64,000 nucleotides of DNA, from NCBI GenBank assembly GCA_016748015.1, contig JAAOMT010000327.1, forward strand, positions 28,966-92,965, written 5' to 3'. Shown here one piece after another: positions 36,858 to 49,459 of this stretch. This DNA is from Geosiphon pyriformis uo1 (taxonomy: Eukaryota; Fungi; Glomeromycota). Below the pieces are notes generated by a model, which saw only the letters and a list, made by a program, of their open reading frames with translations, was not told where the DNA came from and did no database searches. The position numbers and the translations under genes are program-made. Each line of letters starts with the position of its first letter. Within the stretch, counting starts at the first letter, position 1.

Positions 36858-39800
36858 ATATTTTTTTTTCCAATAATACCAATCGTCTACATTTTAATTA
36901 CCAAGTTAAAAAAATTTACTAATAAAAAAATAAAATCTAAACATAGTTAAATAATATAAAGAAAGTTATTATTACCAATAACTAAAATATTACTAAAGTT
37001 TTATAAGTAATTTTATATTTTTTTACAATATAACCAACTTTTAATATTAAAATTTTACTGCAAAACCAGTATTATTTAATAATTTTAAGATCATATTTCT
37101 ACAATATTTTAGTAATTACAATAGTATTATTCGATTACAAAAACACTTTAATACTATTAAACAAAAAAACAATAAAGCAGTTATTACATATCTAAAACAA
37201 TTCCATTAATATCTATGCCAAATTTAAATAATTAATGCCAATTACTATATAATACCACAAATATTAAAACAATTTATTAAAAAATTGTGCAATAATATTC
37301 TTTAATAGATATGTTTATTATATCTTATAAATTTCTAAGCAATAATTACATTAGTCTGAAATTTTGAATTAGCAAAACTTAAAACAAGTCATATTCAAGC
37401 TATAAATTTAATAATAAATAAATTATTTGAACTAAATACTAAGTTAAAACAGCTTAGTAATAACATTAATTAAAATTAGAAAAGTACTTAGATAATAATT
37501 AAGCTATATATCAAATTTTATAATATTATAATCATTAAAAAAACAATTATTGTTATTGTTAAATTCATAACAGCAAAAACTAAAATATGTTATTACTATT
37601 ATAAACAAAATTGCTTAAAAATTAATTATAAATTATGATTAAATAATTAACAATTGAGAAATCAATATTAAATCTTAAACTATGAATTTAAAACTCAATA
37701 AAAACAATACCAACTATAACAATATTACACACAATATTTTTACAATAACTATAGTCACAACCAATATACATACTTTATTTTTAGCCATAGCCAATTATTA
37801 CCTACTAACTATTTAATTGGGAATTAGTATTACAATTATAATACCAGATTTTTTTTGGCTCAAAACCAAAACTTAAAACCTAAAACCATTTTACTAAACT
37901 AAAAACTAGTAATAATAACACATCAACTAATCTTAATATTGTTAATTTATAAACTAAAATCAAATTTAAAATTCAAAAAACATTTAATTTTTTTTTAAAA
38001 CTATTTAAATCTTTTTATTTCTATAAAAATCACGATATTTAACTACAACATTTAAAATTATAACACAATTTTACATACAATTATTACCAAAAATAGCATA
38101 TTTGCTACTATCTTCTAATTTAACTTAAAAAAAGTTACTATTTAATAAAATAATTTTAAACTCAACTTTATCTATTACTGTTATGTATACAGATATTAAA
38201 ATTAATAGCCAATCTATTAAACTTATCCTTAATAATAAGTCAGCAAACAGTATTATCACTCAACAATTTATAAATTAATTAGGTTATCAAGTTGATCAAG
38301 TTATTAATATGCAAATTATTACAGCTAATAAAACTATAAAAACCTTAATTAATAAAATTAATAATCTTTTATTTAAAGTCAGTAATATTACAACACTAAT
38401 TAAAATTTTTATTATAGAATTCATACAATATTAAGTTTTTGTTAGCAATAACTAGCTATTCAAAACCAATATTATATTCGATTAAAATATTTAAAAACTT
38501 TAATTAAGCTACTAAAAATATTATATAAAAGTATTAATTACATATAAGTATTTTAAGACAACCAATAAAATACTACTAATTAAATTAAAAGAAAAAAAAA
38601 AAGAAAAAAAAACTTATCTGAAAGAAATATCAAGTTTTATAGACTAATAATTTAAATAATAATTTATCTTTAGTATTAACTTAAAAGAAAGAAAAAAAAG
38701 CCACTAATCATAATTTTTTTATATATATTATTATACCAAAAAAAAACAATATAGTTGTTTTACAATAATTATATGATACTTATAAAAACCATATTATTAA
38801 TAACCAAAGTTAATCTGTATTAACTGTAGAAAAAAACTCTTGTATATAAGTATCTATTATAGTAATAACAAAAAATATCTTACTATAATCAAATATTATT
38901 GTTGTTTATATATTTTTAAACAATTTAACTACTCAAAAAAACAAAAAAATAAAACAATAAATTTTATTTAATATGTAAAAAAACTTTTTTAGACAAAAAA
39001 ATATGGAATAACATTTCAAAAAAAAATTATGTGACAAGTTGTATTAATACATAATCTTTATTTATAACTAAATAATAAAAAAACATTATTACAAGTTATT
39101 TATAATTATGTTTTTACTTAATTAGATAGTTATTTACACAACAAAAATAAAATCTGAAAAATAATAACTGTCAAATATAATAATACTATCAAGAAAAAAA
39201 TTTATATAAATAAAAATACATAAAAAAAAGAATTATTTTAAGACTTATTTTTTGTAGTATTTACTAATCTAGCAAAATTTAAAAAGTACTACTAATTATT
39301 AGCACTTACTTAAAGAAAGTAAAAATAAAAACTTGTCATTTTAATATCTAACTATATAAATACTGTTTTATTATATGCTAATTTAAATATTATAACAAAT
39401 ATAATTTTGTTTACAATCTATTATTATGTATAATCTATTTAATTTCAGAACTTAATAAGCTAATTAGTAAAATTAATAAATCGAAATTAAAACTTAATTT
39501 CAATTTAAACACTGTTTTTGAATTTAATACAAATTCAATTACTGCTCTTGAGACTAAACAATATATTGTGTTTTTTGATTTATCAAAAAAGCAGGAATTA
39601 AAATAGTTTAGTAAAGATAACAAATATATTATGTTCAAAAAAACATATAAAACAAATACTGAATTTGATTTTAGATATTCAAAACAACTTTTTATAGTTT
39701 TAAAACTCTACTTACTTACTAATATAGATTTAAAATTAGCATTAAAAGTTTTAACAACTATTATGATTCAATTAGTATTCAAATCTAACTTAGCTAGAAA

Positions 39801-42800
39801 AAAATTACTGCAAAAAAAGAAATATTTGACATTAAATATGTAAAAAACATTGTTATTATATTACAAAATAAAGCTAAAAAAAAAATACAAATTATATTTT
39901 TTTTTAATTAAAATAACTAAATTAATATTAGTAAAAATGCAAAAAAAATTAGAAATAACAACTAAAGAAATTAAAAAATTTGAATTAATAGGAAAAATCA
40001 ACATATTTGTCAATATAGCAAAAAAAACCACAGATTAAAAAAAAGTTATTTTTACAAGTTATAGTGTTTTTATCTTATTATATTAAAATACTTATTAAAA
40101 ATACCACAAAAAATTAAAAATCAATCAACAGATTTTTGAAATAAAATCTAAAAAATGCTAAAATAAAACAATTGATATTACTAGCTTATACTTACTAGTC
40201 AAAAATCACAAAAATATAAGAATTTTAATTATTAACAACACTAAAAATTATGTAAAAATATTAGTAAATACTATTATTAAATATTTAAATCCAAAAATTA
40301 AAGACCAATTAACAACCAATATGCCAGATTTTAATTAATATGTAAATATATTGATTTTATATTACAAATTTAGGCCTAAAAAAATGAATGTTATTTGGTT
40401 TAACCAAAACAATTAGAACAAATAAACTTGAAAAATTTGGATTAACTACAAAGAATACAATTTTAAATATTGCTTAAACAATATATTAATATCTTTGCAA
40501 GTAAAAATAAATTTGGAAAAATATATATAATTCAATACAAGATAAAAATAGGAAATACAATATTAATTAAACAAAAAACATACAGAATACTATTAGTTAG
40601 TCATAATATTATTAAAAAAAAAATCAATTAAATATTTAATAGTAGATTAATTTAATTATCTATAAGTCTATAATTATTATTAATAGTATTAATACCAAAA
40701 AAAAAACTAAATTCAGTTTTGTGTAAATTATTAAAAGCTTAATAATATTATTTATAGTAATAGCTATCTAATTTTATAAATTTAAAAATTGTTTGATTTA
40801 TTTGCCACACTAAATCTAAACAGTAATTATTGATATGTAAATATAAATTTAAATAATAAGAAAAAAATAGTATTTACAACAAAAAAAAATTTCAAATTTA
40901 AAGTAATATTATTTGGCTTAATTAATATGTTCAATATATTTTAATAGTTAATAAAAATTGTTTATTTTAATATATTATAAAAATTAATAATTGTTTATCT
41001 AAATAACACCAATGTATTTTCAAAAATACTTAATAAATATCTGTATTATCTACAATAAGTTTAATTAGAGCTTTATAATAAAGTCAATTTTTACGTTTAC
41101 CAATTCTTATATTTATTTTTTAACTTATATAATGAATAAAGTATACTTATTTAAAAGATTAAAACATATTGAATTAAAATTGAATACAGATAAATGTTTT
41201 TTTAGAAAAATTGAACTTAAGTTTTTAAGACATATAATTAGAAAAAAAGACATTAAAACAGATTCAGATAAAATTAAAAAAGTAAAAAACTTTTCAAAAC
41301 CAAGAAATTTAACTAAATTTAAAGATTTTTTGAGACTAACTAAATATTATTAGCAATTTATACAAAACTTTTTAGCAATTGCACAATTACTTTATCAATT
41401 CCAGACTAAAGATACTCAATATAAATAAATAAATATACAATAACAAGCTTTTAAGATATTAAAACAAAAATTTATACAAGTCTTAATTTTAATATATACA
41501 AATTATAATAAAAAATTTATAATTGTTATCAATGTTTCTAAATTAGTATTAAGAACAATATTGTCAAAAAAAAATTTGATAGTAGAAAACATCTAATAAT
41601 ATATGCTAGTAAAAATTTAAGTTCAATAGAAAAAACAATAAAACTTCAATATTAGAATACTTAACAATATATTAAACTGTAATTAAATGAAAAAAATATC
41701 TATATTATGAGTTTAATATTTATATTAATCATAAAAAATCAACATTATTTGCCAAAAAATTTAGTTAATAATAAAACTACCAAATAAAAAACTGTATTTT
41801 TACTCTTTAAATATAAAATACACTATAAAAAAAATACTAATAATTTGTTATAAATAAAACAATTATAAGAAAAAAAAAATAACAACAAATAACAAAATAA
41901 ACAAAACAAACTACTAATAATTAATTCATTATATTATTGTTAAATAGTTTAAGAAAAAACTATTTCAAAATAAACAAATTAAAATTTATTAACAAATTAG
42001 ACATTATATTAATCATCAAAATATATTTTACAAAAAAAACTAAAAATAATAAAAAAATAATAAAAAACAATATTATTTAATATGTATTTAGATTCAACAA
42101 CAGAATATTTTAATTGAGAGTTAACACTAAAAAGAGCTAAGCAGTTATACTATTGGCTAATCATATATTTAAACATAAAACAATATGTATAAAGCTGTAA
42201 TATTTGTCAAAGAAATAAAATCAAATAAACTACTAGGACCAATTAAAGTTAGACAATTATTTGATAAGATTAGAATTGACTAAATAAGATTATTATTATT
42301 AATAATTAAAGGCAACTAATATATTGTTATTGTCATAAATTATTTTACTAAATAGCCAAAAACTAAAGTTATACAAAAAACTAATACAAAATTAGTAGCT
42401 AAATTTGTTTATTAAGACTTAATATATTAACATAAATATTTAAAAAAACTATTATTAAATCAAAAAACTCGTTTTGTAAACAGAATATTAGCAGAATTAA
42501 GCCAAAAATTTGGAGTTAAAAGACTATTATTATTATTATATTATCTATAGACAAGTGATTTAGTTAAAAAATTTAATAGAATATTATATAAAATATTAAC
42601 CAAAATCAGTCAAAAAACCCAAAAAGAATAGAACTTATTTATATTATTAGTATTATTTACTTATTAAACAATAAAGCAAAATATTGTTAAAATAATACTA
42701 TTTAAATTAATATATAACAGAAAAACAACATTGTTAATAGAAAAAAAAATAGAACATATTTAATAAAACTAACAATAAAAGATATATTCTAAGCAATACT

Positions 42801-44303
42801 GTTAAGACAAATATATATCTTAATAAAAATTTTAAAAAAAAAACAGCAGTTAATTGTATCTAAAAATCACAAAAAAAAACAAAAAAAAAACAATATAATT
42901 AGTTGCCAAACAAATTAGTTAAATTCAAAATTAAAGACAAAATACTTTTATATTATACAAAAAATTAAAAAACAATAGAGTAGAAAATTTAATCAAAAGT
43001 AGAATAAGCCATTTTATATTGAAAAAATATTTGAAAATAAATCATACAAACTATAACTAAAAAACAAAATTTTGACCAAAACAGTATATAAAAATTAATT
43101 AAAATTATATTATAATAAAACATCAACAAATTTTAACATATTACAGTTAAGAGCACAAAAAATATTGGTTAAACCAGATAAAATTCTACGAGATTTAAAA
43201 TCAATCATTATTATTAAAGCCAACATATCACAAAACTAAAAATTGTTATAAATATAACTAAAACATCCAGAAACAGAAGTAAAAAATAGAAATAATAAAT
43301 AAAATATATGTAACAGCACAACAATTATTTCAAATATTAAAAAAACTTAAACATAGAAATAACAATTAATAGACAAAAAATTCGTTATAAAAACACTCAA
43401 AAAAACAAAGCAGCTAAAAAAACTTTATACAACAAAATACAAAAACAAAAAAATAATTATATAAAAAACTTGTTAAAAAAGTAAAAAAAACTTTTAGAAA
43501 TCTAGTAATAAGTATTTAATTAAGAAAATTAATAAAAAAAGACTGGAAGAATTGAAAAAACCAGTTTTCAATAGCATATTATTATTATTACTTAAAATAA
43601 TAGTTGAATATTTAAACACTATATATCAACAATTCTAAATAAGTGTTTGACAAAAAAATAGTATTAAAATAGAATATTTTATTAGAAAAAACAACTTAAT
43701 AATTTATGTAAAAGCAATCTTTTAATTATATACAATTTTTTATGAATACAAAAAAATACTACTATATTTAGTTATAAAAAATATAATAACAAATCAATTA
43801 GAAAAAATAATCAATTTACAATTTAAAAAACTAAGAACAGAAGTTTTCAAGACTATAATAGAAAAAGAAGTATATAAACTTATTTAAGAAAAAAACTTAG
43901 AAGATTTCATAAAAGCTTAATATTAAAAAAAAAAAATATTATTACTTATAAAAAATAATAATAGTATAAATAGTCAATAGCAAAATAAAAAATTATCAAA
44001 ACACATAACATTAAAAATTCTAAAAATACCAGTAAAAATTCTAAAAATTTTATGAATTGCAAAAATACTGGCAGAAATATTAAAAATTCTAAGAATACCA
44101 AAAATTACAGCAATAACTTAAAGAAATTGTAAAAATTTTAAGAATTTTGTATTACAAAGATTTATGTATATATATTAATTAATAAGTCAAAAAAAGAACA
44201 AACAAACTTACTTTTAAGACTAGTTTAATTACTTTTACTTTTATTAATAATCCCAAATTAATCAATTTGTTAATAAATTTTTATTTTATTTATTACTTAA
44301 TAA
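36858..44303 (+). mobile_element. Ty3/Gypsy copy C (related subfamily), hypermutated: gag core, protease, Cys-rich domain, dUTPase, RT, RNase H, integrase, ORF3, partial LTR
   Basis: ITKLKKFT..FLQYFSNYNSIIRL..FNTIKQ (~36900-37170); KLILNNKSANSIIT protease (~38220); PKLICINCRKKL (~38805); ORF 41132..41353 (RT); FKIKDKILL (~42925); LTR from ~43940. The right end is uncertain. Confidence 0.85.
39590..40020 (+). pseudogene. dUTPase domain of copy C pol
   Basis: ORF 39631..39843 TNTEFDFRY..IDLKLALKV...IQLVFKSNLARK corresponds to DAGFDLRY..LASRSSLAK. ORF 39850..40038 TTKEIKKFELIG corresponds to motif V RG..GFGSTG after reversing transitions. Confidence 0.8.
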
Positions 44304-47300
44304 ATCCAAGATTATTGGAATTAAAACCAACATTATTATTGTATTGATATTATTCAAATCTATATTATGATATGTTTAAAAGAATATTCAAACAACAACT
44401 TGAAAAGAAAGCAAAATAGAACTATTAATAATATGATTCATGTGTTTAATGCTGGTGCAATTATATTTTTACTCTCTAAGTAATAAATTCAAGTCTTGTT
44501 TATTTTTTTTTAAAGATTAGAAACCAGTTAGTTTGATCTCTAATAAAAAATTTAAAACTGTACAAAATTTATTTGAAAAAAAAGTCCTTAATATTACCAA
44601 TCAAAATTTGAGAATATATTTAGTGTAAAATTATTTTTATAATTCTTATTATTAATTAGCATATATTATCATTTCAATTTATCACTTATTATTTTATTAA
44701 ATTATCCAAATTATAAGTCAATTAATAACCCAATTTGTACAAAACATAAATAAAACCAAATTACAATAAATAGATCATACAATATACCAAACTATATAAC
44801 ATTCAGAATTCACCAAAATATTTAGTAATTTTAACAAAATATTTGACAGTTCACCAAAATAATTATAGTTCGTAGAAATAACTTGTAGTTTAACAAAATG
44901 TATTTTTAGTTGCCAAAATATTAAGAAAAGAAAAAGTGTTAAATCATAGAATAATACTATAACAAGTTGTATAAAAAAAACCTTTTCTCTTTGAGAAAAT
45001 ATATCTCAGTTAGAATTCATCTTAATTAGAACTAATATCTTTTCTAGTATTTTCTACACAAATTAATTTCAATAAAAACATAAAAATTCTTAATTATTCC
45101 TATTGTAAAATTAACTTTTTTATACTAATATTTCAAAATTTATTAGCTACTAATTTTAATAACTGTTAGTAACCTTTAGGCCTGGATCTAAAATGACTTT
45201 TTTAACACATTTTCTTATTTTTTTTCTTAATTTATTTTTTTTTGTTTTTTTTGTTTTTTTTATATTATTGGATAGTCTACAGTCGAGATTTTCTGTAAAA
45301 AAGTTGACTTTTATAGCAAAGTAACTATACACATTTTTGAAAAACTTACAAATTAGATTTATTTTGTAAAACAGTCGACTTTTACTGCAAAGTAACTATA
45401 TAAGTAATTGGCATAGAATTGGCCATTCTATTATAAGTCTAATAACATACATAGTTCAAAGTATAAAAGATATTTTAGAAGAAAAATCAGCTTATCAAAA
45501 GTTTATCAACTTCTATTAACAGCAAAATTAACAGCAAAAACGGCATTAAAAACATTCAAAAATGGGTAGAAAAATTATTAGTAACACTAAAGTCTAATCT
45601 TTAAAATTAAGCAAAAAAAATCCAGCAAAAATGACTGGAAAATTGATATTAACAATCTGTTAACAAGAAAAAAAACAGTAATATTAAAAGAAGAAAAATG
45701 TCCTGGCCAAACAAATTTTATTTTACATATAATCAAAACCAAGAATATTTGACCAATTCATCTAAAACTCTATTAATTAAATAGCCAAAATAATGAGTTT
45801 ATTGAAAAAGAAATAAACTAGATAGAAAAACTTAGATTTATATAAAAAACCAAGAGTAAATAAGCATTTTCTGTTGTAGTAGTATTTAAAAAAGATAGAT
45901 CTTTACAATTTTGTATAAATTATTGACAATCATTAAGTGAAATATGTATCTTTTTTTTAAGATTAATAACGCTCTTAATCGATTTAGAAGCTTTACTTAT
46001 TTTACAACAATTAATTTAACTACTGGTTTCTAGCAAGTAAAAATAGATCCTGCCAGTAGATAAAAAATCATATTTATTACAAAATATAGAACTTATGTAT
46101 TCACAGTAATGTCTTTTGAATTAACAAATGTTTTACTTATATTTCAAAGATTAATGAATAAAGTATTTGGATTAGAACATCAAAAGTTTATTTTTGTGTA
46201 CTTTGATGATATAATTTTATACTAAAACTTGAAATAAACACTTAAAATATCTTTAAAAAGTTTTCAATCTTCTAAGAAATGCCAAACTTATGATCAATTT
46301 TATCAAATTATTCTTCAAAAAACAGTCTTCCCAGTTTTTAAGACATCTTATAACAAAAAATAGAATTTTTTTAGACCCAACCAAAATTAAAAAAGTACAA
46401 AAACTTAGACAATTGATGAATATTTCTGAGCTATAATTTTTTTTGGAATTAGTTTCATACTATTAAAAGTTCATTAAAAATTTCTCTAAAATTGCAAATC
46501 TGTTTAATCAGCTTCTAAAGAAAAATATTAATTATTATTAAAGTATTTTTTAACAAAAAGCATTTAAAACTCTTAAGAAAAAACTAACTTCTAAGCCAAT
46601 CTTAAAACAACCTAATTTTTACAAGCCATTTATTTTTCATACTAATGTCTTTGATGTTTCTCTTATCACAAAAAAATAAAAAAAAAAAGCAAGTTATAAT
46701 CTATAATAATAAAATCCTAAGATAAGCAGAGAAAACTATATAATAACTAAAATAAAATGCTTAGCAGTAGTATAATCTATTGATTACTGGAATAAATATT
46801 TTATAGAAAGAAAATTCTATTTATATATTGATCATTAAGCTTTAATTTGGCTAAAAAACAAAATAAAATTGGAGTATAAAAAACTTTTCTATTGAATTAT
46901 CTACTTAGATAAATTCAATTACAACATTAAATATTAAAAAAAATAAGCAATCATAATACAGATGTTTTATCTTGATTGGTTACTTAGTAAAAACCAATTA
47001 AATTAATTATTAATTAATTGCTTAAATTAACAACTAACAAATAAACTTGAAAACTATTCAGCACTAATTAAATTTTTGGATAAAAAAAATTTATCAGAAT
47101 ATAATTGACAGCAAAAAAAACATTTGTGAAAACAATTAAATTTTTATTTGATTTATTAAACCCAATTTGAGAAAAAAAAATTATATATATAATATGCATA
47201 CTGATTTTTTAGCAAAACATTTTGAAAAAACAAAGACTATTCAAAAAACATTAATAAGATATTATTGACAAACATTAAAAAAAAATATAACAAAATATAT

Positions 47301-48393
47301 TGAAACTTATAATATCTGTTAATAAAAAAAAATTCAATAAAAAAAAACATTTATCCTATATTAATGGTAAACTTTTTGACAAAATTGGAATTAATGTTAT
47401 TGGACTTCTGACAGTAACTTTTGATAGAAATAAATATATTATAACAGCAACTAATTATTTAACAAAATGGATAGAAACAAAAACAATACCAAATTAAACA
47501 GTTATTTCAATTGCCAACTTTACCTATAAGAAAATTAAATGTAAACATAAATGTTTTTAAAAACTGCTTTTAGACAGAAAAAAGCTTTTTTTATTTTATT
47601 AGTAGAAGAACTATTAAAAAAACTTAGAGTATATTACAAATTCTTCTCCCTTTATCATTTATAAACCAATAAATTAATGGAACATTTCAACCAAACACTT
47701 TGTAAAACTTTAGCAAAAACCAATAAAAAAACGAATCTATAGAACAAAATTTTGCTTTTAGCTTTCTTTGCTTATAGAAGAGTAAATTATAACAAACTTT
47801 TCTACTTATTTTATAAATATATAGCAATGTTATTAATTGAAACAGATATCAAAACAATACTCTTTAAAAAAATAACTGAACTTAATTATAAAAACATTTT
47901 ACAATAAAAACTTGAAACAATTTTAGATTCTTTAATAAAGGCAAAAAAAATAGTATACAAAAAAATAAAAATTTTTTTAAAAAAACTAAAGAAAAAAAAA
48001 CCATATAAAACACTTTTTGAATACAAATCAAACCAAAATGGTTTAATATTTAATAATCGACTTGTTCATGATATACAAATCAAAAAGTATTACAAAAGAA
48101 CCAATTGGTTATCAGTTATTGTAATACCCAAAGTAATCAGCAGTAAAACGACAAAACAGTTATAAAAAAATTATTCTAGTCCCAAAACAGACTTATTTTT
48201 AATTAGCATAGAAAAATATTTTTTTGATTATAATATTCAAATATTTTTCTTATAATCTATAATTATTAAATAAAAAACCATTTAGATGCTTTGCTTATAA
48301 TCGAAAACAAAAATAATCAAAGATAAAATTGGAGTGTATTTTGTTATAAACCCATAAAAAACTGTTACAAAAAGACAGAAAATTAGTAATAAG
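44304..48393 (+). mobile_element. Ty3/Gypsy element D (different family): protease end, RT, RNase H, integrase, start of 3' LTR
   Basis: AFSVVVVFKKDRSLQFCINY (~45870), INLTTGF*Q, VYFDDI (~46200), FIFHTNVF, ORF 47300..47497 (FDKIGINVIG..NYLTKWIE). Possible LTR start TGTTATA at ~48342. Confidence 0.85.
44624..45586 (+). mobile_element. Solo LTR (963 bp) inserted in element D
   Basis: TGTAA...TAACA termini; flanks TTAG/CTAA fit a decayed TSD CTAG; full-length homology to 19602-20546 (rc). Confidence 0.85.
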
Positions 48394-49459
48394 TTAAAAG
48401 CTGTTCTAATTTTGTAATAAATGTTTATTAATTCAACTATTTTTAAATTTATTAAATATTTTCTTTTGTTGTTTTAAGCACTGTTTTTTTATTAAGTATT
48501 TTTTATGTAAAAAATATAATTGTTGTTTTGTTTATTAAAACACTGTTAAAGTTTTTATTAAATTATAATAACTATTAAAATATTAATAAAAGTAAATATT
48601 TTGTTTTTTTTATAAGAGTAAAAATTTTAAGAAATAGTTATTATAAACTATTTAAAAAGAAGTAAAATAATATTTTAAGAAAAAAATGTTTTTGATATAT
48701 GTAAGATTTATATATTTTTGAATAACTTTTTTTGTTGCTATATTAATTATTTTTGTTAAATTTTTTATTAAATTTTTAAAAATAATGAAAATTATAATTA
48801 TAATTTAAGTGTTCAAATTTAAGTGTTGTTGTATAATAATTACCGCTTCTAAATTTTGGAAATATTTTTAAGATTAACCAAAAAAAATTGTTTATTAATT
48901 TATTAAATTAAAAATATAAGATTGGTTCTTAAAAATAGTACTCAAGTCTATTACTATGTGTAATTTTTTCAAAACCTTATTATTAAATCTTAACTTATAT
49001 GATTTATTATTTAAAACTTGGTATATATAAAAGGGTTTAACTTGTTAATAAATAAAATTTTCTAATATTTATTAAGATAAAAATTAATATGAAACATTTT
49101 TTTGAAAAATATTTTATAAATATTTTTCCAAATGAAAAGTTTACTATCATCAAATATTATTTTGATAATAAAAATTAGATAATTAGAGATTAAAAAAATT
49201 CTAAAATAAATGTATATTTATTATGATCCACTTAAAATTAAATTATTTGCTTTTTTTGCTAATTTAATTATAAATTTTAAAGATCTCATATCAATTTTTA
49301 TATCATATTAATAGATTTAAAACTGTAAATGAAGGTTAATATTAAACATTTATAAATAGAAATAAATTCAATTTAGAGATAAAATATTTATCAAAGATAA
49401 TAATTAGCTGTAATTCCTTTTATTATATTCTTTCAAAACATTTTTTATTAAAATTTTTT
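48394..49459. repeat. Inner inverted repeat, left arm (pairs with 55385-56436)
   Basis: TTAAAAGCTGTTCTAATTTTGTAATAAATGTTTATTAATT ... CTTTCAAAACATTTTTTATT matches the reverse complement of 55385-56436 throughout. Confidence 0.95.

Noticed and set aside
41061-41150. ~90-bp insertion in the RT of copy C as a piggyBac-like element (TTAA flanks)
   Set aside because: The insertion is real, but there are no TIRs and TTAA is ubiquitous here; unclassifiable.
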